From Dehalococcoidia bacterium (lineage in GTDB: Bacteria; Chloroflexota; Dehalococcoidia; UBA2979), in NCBI GenBank assembly GCA_965262725.1, contig OZ253555.1, positions 2,432,001-2,496,000 on the forward strand: 64,000 bases of DNA, in the 5' to 3' direction. Position 1 is the stretch's first letter. Each line of letters starts with the position of its first letter. Under the pieces are notes generated by a model. The model worked only from the letters and a program-made list of their open reading frames with translations, was not told the DNA's origin and did no database searches. This document shows, piece after piece, positions 19,609-30,970 of the stretch. The position numbers were made by a program, and so were the translations under genes.

Positions 19609-20468
19609 ATGAGACTACGGCATCGAGGCCTCGGGGTTGCGGCTCTGGTGCTGACGCTGGTTGTGGGGGCTGCCTGTAGGTCGGCTACCCCTCAGCCGTC
19701 GCCGGTAGTCACGGCTCCACTGGCACCTGCCGCTCTGTCTAGCCCCAGCGTCGAGCCCACGGCGACTGCCGAGCCCACGGCGACTGCCGAGCCCACGGCG
19801 ATTGCCGAGCCCACGCCGACTGCCGAGCCCACGCCGACTGCCGAGCCCACGCCGACTGCCGAGCCCACGCCGACTGCCGAGCCCACGCCGACCCCGACCG
19901 CGACGCCCACGCCCGTTGCCGTCGAAACGCCCCTGCCTGTCCCCGACCCGCCACGTAGTCCCTTCGAGTCGATTAGCGTCGGTGGGCGAGCAGCCTGTGG
20001 ACTGACCCTGGCGGGCGACATCGTCTGCTGGGGCGAGGGCGCGGACGGCCAGTCCGGTCCCCCGCCCGGTCGCTATACGGCCATCAGCAGGAGTGTGGAC
20101 TATGCGTGCGCGCTGACCGAAGTCGGCGAGGCCATCTGCTGGGGGAGCAGCGCCTCCCCCGACCAGAGCGAGACACCCCCTGGTCGCTACATGGACATCA
20201 GCGTGACCGCGTCCCACGCGTGTGCGCTCACCGAAGGCGGCGAGGCGGTCTGCTGGAGTGCGCATTCGGGTGACCGGTGGAACGCTCCGTCGGGGTCCTT
20301 CGTGGCGGTAAGCACTGGCTTCTTTAGCGTACACGGGGCAACGGCCAGCAGCTGCGCCCTCACCCCAGCGGGTGATGCCGTCTGCTGGTTCGACGAGAGT
20401 GCCCACCCGCGGGATCACTGGAACGTCCCACCGGGCCGCTACGCCGCCGTGAGTTCAGGCGGCAGTCG
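19609..20468 (+). pseudogene. RCC1-repeat lipoprotein, 3' truncated
   Basis: Signal VGAAC, TAEPTP minisatellite (about 19752-19890), four RCC1 repeats, then a join to a DUF2442 fragment. Confidence 0.8.
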
Positions 20469-20598
20469 GAGGCCGGGTGTTTCGAGCGGGTGCACATCGC
20501 GCCGCACCGGGCTGTCGCCTGGAGCGACGAGCTAGAGCTGTGCCCCGACGCGCTCTACATGGACCTGACCGGGAAGTCGCTGGACGAGCTACCGACTG
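20469..20598 (+). pseudogene. 3' fragment of a DUF2442 gene
   Basis: Near-identical to 8403-8528. Confidence 0.8.
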
Positions 20599-20619
20599 AC
20601 GCCGAGGCGACAGTCCCTG

Positions 20620-20881
20620 ATGCCTGAGATCAGCCGTTTCTACGGGATCGTGATCCGCATGTACGGACTCGACCACGCGCCGCCGCACATGCACGCGGTG
20701 TACGGGGAGCATGAGGCCCTGATCGGGGATCGAAGAGGTCGAGGTGATCCGCGGCAGCCTCCCGCCCCGCGCCAGCCGGCTCGTCTTTGAGTGGGCGCGG
20801 CTGCACCAGGCCGAGTTGCTGGAGGCGTGGCAGCGGGCGCGGAGCCTTGAGCCTCCAGGCAAGATCGCCCCGCTCGAGTGA
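20620..20881 (+). pseudogene. DUF4160 domain protein, frameshifted
   Basis: MPEISRFYGIVIRMY..DH.PPH.HA.YG; the C-terminus GSLPPRASRLVFEWARLHQAELLEAW is in a shifted frame. Confidence 0.75.
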
Positions 20882-20984
20882 TGCCGCGGCAAGGGTGCAT
20901 CGGAGGGCGCCGGCGAGCCGTTCGCGAAGCGAAGACGCCGCCGCTCGCACGGCACGGGCGCGAGCAGTGGGCCGAGCCGGAGCG

Positions 20985-21135
20985 GTCTGAGCTACGGCGT
21001 GCGCCTGGTCTGCGTCGTGCGTTCTGAGGCGCGCACGGTGGACGTGCAGCGGACCGATCACGCTGTCTCGACGCTCACCGAGGATCATGCCCTCGACGGG
21101 CTGGATGTGCTGCCCGGCTTCTCCTGCGCGGAGAC
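20985..21135 (+). pseudogene. Uma2-family endonuclease C-terminal fragment
   Basis: YGVRLVCVV.SEARTV.V...LDGLDVLPGFS. Confidence 0.5.
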
Positions 21136-21244
21136 ACCGAACTCGCCGCCTGACGAGGCCTGTGACGCGAGTGACGACGGCTCGCCTCTTGACCGCTACG
21201 AACATGGGATGTCTACCGCTACGCCTGGCTCGATGCGCTGACTC

Positions 21245-21480
21245 AGAAGGTGCGTGAGGACGGACGCATCGCCCAGGTGAGCGTCGTGGTCGCGACCGCG
21301 GTCAACGCCGATGGGAGACGCGAGGTGCTGGGCATCGACGTCGGCACCAGCGAGGGCGGGGCCTTCTGGCTGGCGTTTCTGCGCGGCCTGGTGGCGCGGG
21401 GGCTCTCCGGCGTCTAGCTGGTGACCTCCGACGCCCACCAGGGCCCGCGGGAGGCGGTCGCCACCGTCTTCGGCGGCACC
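21245..21480 (+). mobile_element. IS256-family transposase internal fragment
   Basis: KVREDGR...VVATAVNADGRREVLG...FW.AFLR.L..RGL.GV*LVTSDAH. Confidence 0.8.
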
Positions 21481-21684
21481 TCCGGCGGGCGCGCGGCGGC
21501 AGCTAACGCGGCTGCACCGAGTACGGGTCGGACCGGCCCTGCGCGTACACGGCGGCTCCCGTACGGACCGGACGGCAGTCGCCTCGCAGGAGGGCGTGAG
21601 TCAGTGCGAGAACTGGCGCCGCCGGTTGATGCGCCCTACCGATGCTCGCGTACGAGAATGCCCGTGCCGGGTGCTCGCGGGGCT

Positions 21685-22336
21685 CCGGCTGAGCGTCGCC
21701 ACGGTCCACGCCGCGAAGGGGATCCAGGCCGACCACGTCGTGGTGCTCGACCTGGCGGACCGCCAGCTCGGCTTCCCGGGCCAAATCGAGGACGACCCGC
21801 TGCTCGAACTCGTGATGCCGCACCAGGGCGCCGGCTACCCGCACGCCGAGGAGCGGCGGCTCCTCTACGTCGCGATGACCCGGGCCCGGCTCGGGCTCTG
21901 GCTCGTCGCCGATCGCAGCAGGCCCTCGGTCTTCGTCCGGGAGCTGATGGAGCACCACGGCGGGCGGCGTCTCCTCGGGTCGTTCGAGGAGGAGCAGGCC
22001 CCGCCGTGCCGCCGGTGCCGCGGCGGGCACCTGGTCGAGGGGACGGGCGGAGGGATGCTCTGCTCGAACCGCCCGCTGTGCCGCTACGGGGCGCCGCGCT
22101 GCCCGCGGTGCCGCCGGGGGTCCGCGGTCGAACGGGACGGGCGCCTCGGGTGCTCGAGCGGGAGCTGCGGCGCGGCGCTGGACGGCTGCCCCGGCTGCGG
22201 CGCGGGCATGCTGGTTTCGCGCCGGGCGCGCGGCGGCAGCTTCCGCAGCTGCACCGAGTACGGGTCGGACCAGCCCTGCACGGACACCGCAGGTCCCGTA
22301 CGGATCGGGCGGCAGACGCCTCGCAGGAGGGCGTGA
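21685..22336 (+). pseudogene. UvrD/HelD-like helicase C-terminal fragment with Cys-rich zinc-ribbon repeats
   Basis: TVHAAKG.QAD.V, GFP, EERRLLYVAMTRAR, followed by CxxC...C repeats. Confidence 0.75.
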
Positions 22337-22550
22337 ATCAGCGCGAGGAACTGATCACTCGCTGCCGGTTGATGCGCCTACCGGTGCTGGCCCCTCGCGG
22401 ACTGCGCTCTCGTGAAGCGGATCGCTGTCCCATGCCTCCTGGGCGACGGTCCGCACCGCGGCGATGGCTCGACGGCCCACCATCGGCACAGTGTTCATGC
22501 AGCCTGCGGGCCTCGTGAACGACCACCTCGGGAGCCGCTTCCGCCGCCGC

Positions 22551-25500
22551 CTACGGTGCCCCCGCGGTCGCGCCCGCCGCGCTCACGCCGTCGCTCTTCA
22601 CGATCAGGGGCGAGGTGGCGGGGAGGCCGTCTGTGAACAACGCGCGGAAGGACCGATTCACGAAGTCCGGGGCACCGAGGATGTAGGGGACGTAGCCACC
22701 TTCGTCGAGGGCGTAGATGGCCGTGATGTTGCGGCTCTCCGCGCAGGTCGTTAGTTCCTCGATCGCACCGCCCTGGTAGAGGACGAGGCTGAAGCCCGTG
22801 GCGACCGTGCCGCGCAGGCACTCCGGCCAGGGCGGCGCCGGCCCATCGCCCGTGATGCTCCCGGCGGGATCGGCTGTGGGCGGCCCGTCGCTCTTGATGA
22901 TGAGGGGCGTGGTGGCGGGGACGCCGTCTGCGAACAGCTCGCCGAAGGAGCTGTTCACGAACTCGGGTGCACCGAGGATGTACGGCACGTAGCTTCCGTC
23001 GTGCAGGGTGTAGAGGGCCGTGCCGTGGCGGCTCTGAGCGCAGTCCACCAGCTCCTCGACGCTGCCGCCCGCGTAGACCACCAGGCTGAACCCGAGCGCG
23101 ACGGCGCCCCGGAAGCACGGGGGCGCGGGAGCGCTCGGGGCCTCCTGCGCCGGATCGCCGACCAGCACGCGGTAGACGCGCTCGCGGCTCTCGTCGCGGG
23201 AGGTGACGGTGACGGTGATCTCGGAGACCTCTTCCAGCGCGACCTGGTGGCCGTTCTCCGGATCCCCGTCGTCGTCGGCGTCGTCGGGCTCGATGAGGAC
23301 CGTCGCTCCCGACTGCGCCGCCTCCGCCCCGACCGTGGTCTCGGTGACGTCGTCCCCGGCCGTCCCGGCGTACTCTGCCTGGGCACTGTCGAACTCGCCG
23401 AAGTCGACACCGCTGAGGGTGAGCGAGGCGAGGCGGGCGTCGATGGCGTCCGGCATGTTGTAGGTGTAGACCTTGCCGTCGCTCTGGTCGGCGACGTACA
23501 TGACGTCGCCGTCGGACCAGAGACCGCGGGGGCTGTTGTTGCTGGCGCCGGAGAGTTTCTTGAACTCCTCGTCCGTGACACGTTCGAGCTCGAGGTTCTC
23601 TTCCTCGTCCGCGACGTCCTCGTCCGCGCTCGTGTCCTCCTCCTCGAGGGCGGGCAGGCGGTAGGCGAAGAGACGCTTGTCGTTGTGGTCGGAGACCCAG
23701 ACGCCGACGCCGTCGGACCAGATGCCGTGCGGGTCGTCGTTGTCGGAGTCGAGGGCGTACTCGGCGAGCAGCGTGCCACCGGCGAGGTCGTAGCTCGAAT
23801 CCACCGAACGAAGCTTGACGAGGCGGGGTGCCGGGCTGCCGGAGAGTTCGACGGGTGTGTCGGCGTTCGCCGGGCGGCGCCGGGGGCGGGCCGGAGCCAG
23901 GAGTCGTCGCTCAGCGCCGCTCGGGGGCGCTGAGGGTGCGGGCGCGAGGGTGCGCGAGGCGTGCGCGGGCATGCTGGCGCGAGCTTCGGCTCCGGTTCGG
24001 CGCTGTGAGCGGGCGTCAGGTCGGGAGCGGTATCGCCCGTAGTCGCGCGAGCGCGGCTGCCAGCTGCCCGGCCCAGGGCCAGCGCTTCGGGAGGTGCAGG
24101 GTCCACCGCCGGGCAGAGTGGGTGAGCCGTCCGGCGAGAGAGAAGTAGCGCCGCCTGAGCGTCCTGGTCGTCACGATCCCCTCGCCGAGCCCGAGGCGTG
24201 CCGTCCAGCGGGCGAGGTTGTGCGCGATCACCTGCACCGCGAGCCACGCCGCGTTCGCGGCGAAGCGGCCCGAGGGGAGATGGTTCAACCCGACGCCGTA
24301 CTTGAGGTCGCGGATCGCGTTCTCGATCTCGGCGTGACGGCGATGGTCGGCCTCCAGCTCCATCATCTCCCCCGCGCGATCGGTGATGAAGGCGTGGTAA
24401 CTGTAGTTCACGAAGAGCGCGAGCTGTGAGCCGGGCGTCGGCTTGACGCGCCGCACGATGAGCCGCACCGCGGTGGCGTCCCTCGTGTGCTGGAACGGCG
24501 TGTAGGTCGTCTCGGCGACAGCGGCGCCGTCGTCCTGCCAGTACGGGATCGGCGTCCAGTCCTCTTCCGGTATCGCCTCGATCAGCCGGCGTACGTTCGG
24601 CTGCTGGCGAATGGTGATGGAGAAGCGGACATCCTGCTTGCGACAGACGGCGACGACAGCGTGGTTGTAGAAGCCGCTGTCGGCGCGCACCGTGAGCTGC
24701 CCGCTCGCCCCGGCGTCGCGCACCCGGCCCACCGTCTCACGCAGGAAGTGGGCGGCCCCCCGAGCGGTGTTGGCACGGCCCCCGCGCAGCCGGGCCATCA
24801 GCACCTCACCCGTCCCGGCCGCCACCGCGAGCAGCGGGTGATAGCCGCGCACGCCCGTGTAGCCGTGGTGCCGGGCGCCCTCTTTCGCCAGTCCGTAGGT
24901 CTCGCAGAGCGTCGAGTCGAGGTCGATCGTGAACGGTGCCGCGCCGGGTCCCGCCCCGGCCGCCCAACTGCGGGCCAGCAACTCGCGGCTGACGCGGTCG
25001 AGCTGGCGGACGTGGCCCCAGCGGAAGCTGCGCAGGAACGTCCCGAGGGTGGACGGCGCCTTCACCGTGCAGCCGAGCACGCGCCCGGCGCCGCCTGAGC
25101 GCATGGCATCGGCGTCATCGATGCAGTCGCCGCCCGCGAGCGCCGAGGCGATGAGAGTCATCAGCTTGTCGCCGACGTTCGCCCGCCCCGCTGCGTCACC
25201 GAGGTCGAGGTGGGCGTCTGCCAGTTCACGGAGGCCGAGCCGGCCAGCGAGCGTGGCCGGGAGCAGCAGGCCCGCGTGGTCCACGAGGCGGTCGTCGTCG
25301 AAGGCGATGTGTATCCGGTCGGGGCTGCTCGTTGCTAACATCGAATGGGTGCTCCCTGTGGCTGTGACGTGATTCGGTCAAAAACCATTGTCCCAGCTAC
25401 AGCGGAGCACCCAACCCCAGCCGCTCGCGCACTCTTCTTCGGTGGATCAGGGCGTAGGCGAAGAGGGCGTCGCGGCGGCCATCGAGTACCCACATCGTCG

Positions 25501-27319
25501 AGCCGTCGGCCCAGATGCCGCGCGGGTCGGCGTTGTCGGGGTGCAGCGCGAGGTCGGAGTCGGGCAGGCGCTCGCCGCTCTCGAGGTCGTGGGCGAAGAG
25601 CTTTTCCTTGCCGCTGTCGGAGATCCAGATGGTTGAGCGGTCCGACCAGACGCCACGAGGCGCGAGGTCGGCGTCATCGAGCTCGAACTCGAGCTCCTGG
25701 ACGCGCTCGCCGCTCTCGAGATCGTAGGCGTAGAGGGCGTCGTCGGCGCCGTCGCCGTTCTCGATGAGCCAGAGCGTGGCGCCGTCGGACCAGGCGCCGG
25801 TAGGTGAGCCGTGGTCGCGGTCGAGTTCCTCGATGTCGCGTGTGATGTTCCACTCGAAGTCCTCGTCGCTCGGCGTTGGGCCGGACGGTCCGCCGCCGCC
25901 ACCACCGCCCCCGGTGATGATCGGCCTGGGGGGTGCGTTGCCAAGCACCGTGACGACGACCGTCGCCGTGGCGGAGGCACCGGCGGTGTCGGTCACCGTG
26001 AGGGTGAGCGTGACCTCTCGATCGCCGACACCGGCCGCGGGCGCGGTCCAGACAGTGTGGAGGGCCCGGTCGTTCGTGAAGGTTCCCCCGCCGTCGCTGG
26101 TCCAGGCGTACGTCAGGGCGTTGTTCTGTGGGTCGCTGGCCGTGCCGTCCAGGACGACCGCCCCGCCTCCGGGCATGGTACTCGTCGAGGCCATGGCGGA
26201 GACCGTCGGCGTCGTGGTCGTCGTGTCGATGACCGTTACGACGACAGTCGGGATGTGCACGGCGTCGTACCCCCCGCCGGAGGCGGTGTGACGGACAAGT
26301 GATACGTCGTCCTGGTGGTCGTCGTCTGCAGCGGCGGAGACCAGGAACGTCCTCTCCCTCGAGTAGTCCTGGGGCGTGAAGGTCAGCGTGATCGGCGCCA
26401 CGGTCACGTCCGGATCTTCTGGCAGTGGTGTGACGGTCACGGGGCCGCTCGGCTGCACAAGCAGCCGCAATGTATAGGCGGCGGGCGGCCCTCCCTCATC
26501 GACACGGCGAAGCCCCGGTGTCAGCGTGACAGCGGGCTCTGGCCTGGTGCCTGGAGACCGCCGGCAGAACTCATCCGACCAGGGACCGACCTCACCGTTG
26601 TTCAAGTCCAGCCTCGCCACCACACAGTAGAGCGTGCCGGGCTGAAAACCACCCGCTAATGTGTACAGCGAACTGGGGACCACCTTCCCGAGAGCGGACA
26701 GGTAGAACCAGGTACCCCTGGTTCCCCATTGCTCACGGTCGACCTCGTCGCTGTAGGCCTTCACGTTATATCGGCTCAGAGGCTTGCTACCCGGGGCATC
26801 GTGCGGCGGGATGTGTTGCCAGAGGCCCGGCGGGGCGTGGGGCTCCCACTGGACCGTCAAACTATTGCGCCAGAATATCCGGGTCTTCGTGATCTTCAGC
26901 GTGTTCTCCTCGGAGGCGGGAATCACGGGTAGCCCGTGGGATCGGGAGTACGTGCCATCGCTCGCGGTGAGCGTGCAGGAGCCGGGCTGCGCGTCTGCTG
27001 ACACTGACGCGGTGATGTCCCAGGCTGCCCAACCCTGGGTGGCCAGGTCAGCCGCGAGTACCGCCGTGACGGCTTCTTCGTAGTCAATCTCGACTCCGTC
27101 AGGGCAGTCGGAGTGGCTGAGCGTGACGGTGTCCCCGACCACAAACCCCTTGACGATCGCGGTCGTGGACTGATTGTCCCGGCCGATGACGATCGGCTTC
27201 AGCGTGTAGAAGTAGTGGCTGTGCGCCGATGCCGTGCGAGGCTGCTCTAGGTCCGACGCGAGTGCGAGGGCCGCGATCGTTGCCAGCAGGAATAGGGTGC
27301 CGTGGGCCCTCCATGACAT
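22551..27319 (-). pseudogene. secreted surface protein (FN3/Calx/PKD-like N-terminus, poly-Gly hinge, shared C-terminal module) interrupted by IS1380
   Basis: Signal peptide from ATG 27319, hinge IITGGGGGGGGPSGPTPS, GIWSDG repeats. Removing the IS and one CGTAG restores LFAYDLAGG. Confidence 0.85.
23794..25452 (-). mobile_element. IS1380-family element, copy 2; TSD CGTAG; transposase 24016-25341
   Basis: Ends CTCGAATCCACCG...GGTGGATCAGGG; CGTAG at 23789-23793 and 25453-25457. Confidence 0.95.
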
Positions 27320-27534
27320 CGGGCACCCCTCCCTCCACTTCGTGCGCGGAGGCACTTGGCCTCGTGTCCCGGTGGAGCGGTTCCTGGCGGGCGACGACGC
27401 CCCGCCTAACCATTAGTGCCCAAGCTACACTTCGTGACAGCGTACTCTTATGCGAGACATATAATGTGCGTTGTCCGGCAGATCTCACTCGTGGGAGGGG
27501 GCTACAACCTGTTTGAGCTGCACCGCGGAAGCAG

Positions 27535-27945
27535 CGGGACGTCCTCGACCCGCGTGCTGACGATCGACCGGGGGACGAGAGCGTGGCGGCGGAGTTCCGG
27601 TGGCGTCCGGCGGAGCGGTGAGTCTGCGCACGGGAGCGACGGTGATGCGCGTGAACGTGGATGACGCTCACGGCGCGTCGTGGGGGGCCTCCTACGCCGC
27701 CGTCGCGGTCGGCGACGGCGGCGAGTGGCGTCAGGCCGATGACTGCTGGGTGCGCTACCGGGTCACATCGCCACCCGCGAGCACGTTGGCTGCGAGGAGG
27801 GCCTTTGGTGTGAGATGGGTGACGTCCGCGGCCACAGGCTGCACGGGGGACATCGCAAGACGCGCGGAGCCCAGCGCCGCATGGGATCCCGAGCTTCTCG
27901 ACCAGGATGACGTGACGTCGCCGATCCGCCACGGCCCGTGTGCAT
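27535..27945 (+). pseudogene. degraded paralog fragment of the 59013-60836 lipoprotein
   Basis: TVMRVNVDDAHGASW...EWRQADDCWVRY.VTS matches about 59950-60300. Confidence 0.7.
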
Positions 27946-28077
27946 TCCGGTCACGGCTCGCGATGTGATCCTGGCGCTTCACGTTGGCCCACCGCCGAAG
28001 TGTTCCAACCGCACTGGATTGGCCCTACGCGTGCAGCTGCATGTCACCCGGCCGCTCGTGCCCGCAAGGACTGGCTG

Positions 28078-28612
28078 ATGCCCGAGGACCTGGTGTTCAC
28101 CGTGCAGCCCGGCGTTGCCCGGCGGGCGCACTCGATCAGTCTGGCGGAGGCGGGGCTCCGTGAACGGGCCGATCTCCAGGAGTGGGTGCGCAAGAACCCC
28201 GAGATCCTGGGCAGCGGCGTTCGCATCGTGACCTTCGAGTTCGGTGCCTGGCAGGCGCGTGATGGACACGCCTCCGATCGGCTCGACCTACTGGGGTTGG
28301 ACGATGACGGGCGCCTCGTGGTCGCCGAGCTCAAGCGCGGCCCGTCTCCGGACACGGTGGAGATGCAGGCGATCAAGTACGCGGCCTTCGCGAGTCGCTT
28401 CACCGCGCAGACCCTGGCCGAGCGCCACGCCGAATACCTGTCCCGAGTCGCCGGCGTCACCGTGTCGGAGGATGAAGCCCGCGAACAGCTCGAGGAACAC
28501 GCCGGTGGTGAGCTCGACCCCGACCTGCTCCGTCAGCCGCGGATCATCCTGCTGGCGGCGAGCTTTCCCCCGCAGGTGACGGCGAGCGCGGTCTGGCTGA
28601 CCGAGATGGGCA
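28078..28612 (+). pseudogene. PD-(D/E)XK endonuclease (NucS/DUF4268-like), truncated
   Basis: ERADLQEW...PEIL, DRLDLLGLD..G.LVVAELKR, QAIKYAA; breaks off into unrelated DNA. Confidence 0.75.
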
Positions 28613-28850
28613 GCCGTGATGGTCAGCGGAACCGTGCCGCCTTCGGCCACCTCTCCAGCGCCTGCCGAGAACGTGACGGCCGCCACGTCGTTGTCGTTCA
28701 CGGTCACAGTGGCCGAGTTGATGGCGCTTGTCAGGTAGACGGGAGGACTGGTCGTGCTGCCCAGGATGAGGGCCGTCACCGTGCCGGGGGCTCGACGACG
28801 CTGTCGTCGAGTGTGAGCACGGCGAGGTCGGCCGTGGCGTCGTCGCTCCA
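28612..28850 (-). pseudogene. Calx-beta/Ig-like domain fragment
   Basis: SATVTVNDND...VAEGGTVPLTIT. Confidence 0.45.
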
Positions 28851-28959
28851 GGGATCGCGCGGGGCGACACATCGTTTTGCGACCTTGAGGGGCGGCGGTC
28901 CAAGCCGGGCTTCGCTGGGGTCAGAGTGCTCAGCCATGTATCAGCGGGGCGGGCGCGGT

Positions 28960-29301
28960 CTAGACGGCCTCGGGCTGAAGGGCCGGAACCTCGACCTCGA
29001 CCAACTCGAATCGCGTCGAGAGCGTCTGGGGGGCGTCGCCATCTTCGGCCAGCAACTCCTCGTCGGCATCGGAGAGGGCCTGGCTGTGGTACGCGATGGC
29101 GTCGTCGATGGACATCGTGGGCTCCGGTACAGGGTCGCCGTCCTCTACCAGGGCCTCGATGTGGAATGTGAGCGCCTCGCGAATCATCGCGAGCATCTCA
29201 TCGGGGGTGCCGGCGGTGCTGATGCAGCCCGGCACGTCCGGCGCGTAGGCGCCGTAGTTGTTCGGGGTCTGCTCAATGACGACTGCGTACGTCAGCTTCA
29301 T
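28960..29301 (-). CDS. hicB: HicB-family antitoxin
   Basis: YAVVIEQTPNNYGAYAPDVPGCISTAGT.DE.....REAL.FHIE. Confidence 0.88.
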   Translation of the reverse strand: MKLTYAVVIEQTPNNYGAYAPDVPGCISTAGTPDEMLAMIREALTFHIEALVEDGDPVPEPTMSIDDAIAYHSQALSDADEELLAEDGDAPQTLSTRFELVEVEVPALQPEAV

Positions 29302-29452
29302 CGCGAATCCCCGCGGAGGCCTGCCTGTCTCCGGATGTTGAGCCACGTACCCCTTGGCACTTCATCCCCCAAGTTGCCCGGAATCGTGACCGTGCCCGGC
29401 TTCTCGGGGTGGCGAAAGTGGCGGTGGCTGCCCCGCGTCCTCACATGGTACG
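29298..29452 (-). pseudogene. hicA: HicA toxin, 5' truncated
   Basis: HVRTRGSHRHFRHPEKPGTVTIPG...GTWLNIRRQAGL. Confidence 0.8.
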
Positions 29453-30727
29453 GTCGAGTGTCGGGTCGACAATAGTGGTCCGCCCCACCTCCAAACCCGG
29501 GCGATAGTCCTCCTCCCGGCAGGCACCCAGTAGCAGTACTCCGGGTCTGTCGATGAACTCTCGGGCGAAGTCGGACCAGCCATCGGTGGCGGGACGGCCG
29601 AGGTTGTCGGCGCACAGCAGCAGCGGATAGTGCTCGGACGGCTCTTGCAGCCAGAGCCACCGCGCGAGCGTCGGAACGTCTTCGGGCAGGAGCCGCAGCA
29701 GTCGATACGGGCGCGTCCTCCCCGAGAGTGTCCGGGCCGTCCGCCACATGAGCGCCGACTTTCCTGCTCCCGAGGGTGCCGAGAGCAGCGCCGAATGCCG
29801 TTCGCTCAAAGCCTCCGTAATCGCTTGCACCTCGGCGTTGCGGGGCAGATCGAGGTCGGCTGCTATGTGGGCGGGCAGCACGTCGACGCCCGTCAGGAAT
29901 TCTTCGATGGGCAGATCGGCCCGCACACCGAAGTCCACCGGCTCGACGAGTCCGGTACGAACTGCCTCGTCGAGACTCTCGACATCCACCGTCTGGATTA
30001 CCCGCGTCGCGAGTGTCTCCAGGTCGGACGGCGTGATCGACTGGGCGGTGTCGGGTGTGGCCGAGCGCTGCCGAGCCGCGATCTCGGTGATCTCTTCCAC
30101 TAGCCGCGCGTAGACCAGGACGGCTGCAGACGGCTGACTCCCGATTGCGCGCAGCCCAGCGAGCTCGCGTCGAGTGTCTTCGACGACACTTCGCTCCACC
30201 TGCACGATGTGGGTTCGGGCCAGGACCGCCTTGGGATCGTCGAAGTCGGACTCGAGGCGCGAGGCGAGTTCGTCGACACTGGTTCGGTCAACGCACTCCG
30301 TAACAGGCCGATCCCAGCCAGTCGGGGCCAGGCCGCCGCCAAGCGTCGCGTCTGTCACCAGGGCGAACCGGCGAGACGCTTCTCGTTCGAGGAGAGTGTT
30401 CTTCTTCCGCAGGGCGTCCGCGAGGTTCGAACGTCCGAAGCGTGCCGACGGAGCACGTTCCTTCACCTGGACGAGCACCCGAGTGCCATCCCTGAGTTCG
30501 ACATCTATGTCTTCGGAGCCCTCGGGGGTCGCGCGGGCCAACGGAAACCTGCCTGCAAGTGCGTCGACAAGCAGCTTCGCGGTCACCGCGACCTGAAAGC
30601 TCACACCCGCAATGTTGTGAGCGCCAGCACGGCTTCAGTCCTGCTCGGGGGCGCGAGGAGGTGCCCCGCTCGCCACTGGCGGGCTTCGTCTCTTAACTCG
30701 ACCCCGACGCTGCTTCCGTTGGCTCAT
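29441..30727 (-). pseudogene. restriction-like nuclease fused to P-loop NTPase (Cap4/Mrr-like plus STAND-like); nonsense codon and 3' truncation
   Basis: AG.HNIAG.SFQ, EDIDV...VQVK (PD-(D/E)XK-like), APSGAGKS Walker A, LLLCADN. In-frame TGA at 30637-30635. Confidence 0.7.
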
Positions 30728-30970
30728 AGCAGTACGTGCGTGCTCCCACCTCAGCAGCCTACCCCTTGGTATCGCTTACTACCCGGGACTGACCCGAGGG
30801 GTTGCGCTCACAGGCTCAAGCGCGGCCGGCGCGAGTCTGCCACGTTGAGACTCACCATTGCCGACGGACAGGAGAAGCTGACATCAGCGCGGCTCGATGT
30901 GAACATGTCGTTGACATTGTCAGATAAATCGGGGTACCGTCGTCGTGCTCGGAGTTGCAGGAGAGCGAAC

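Noticed and set aside
27350-27450. c-di-GMP-II riboswitch upstream of the surface protein gene
   Set aside because: TTGGGCACT and a later AGTGC are present on the minus strand, but the other conserved elements and spacing do not fit; an Rfam scan would be needed.
27940-29475. 511-aa ORF as one protein
   Set aside because: Only 28078-28612 is nuclease-like; the rest reads through the antisense strand of other fragments and hicB.
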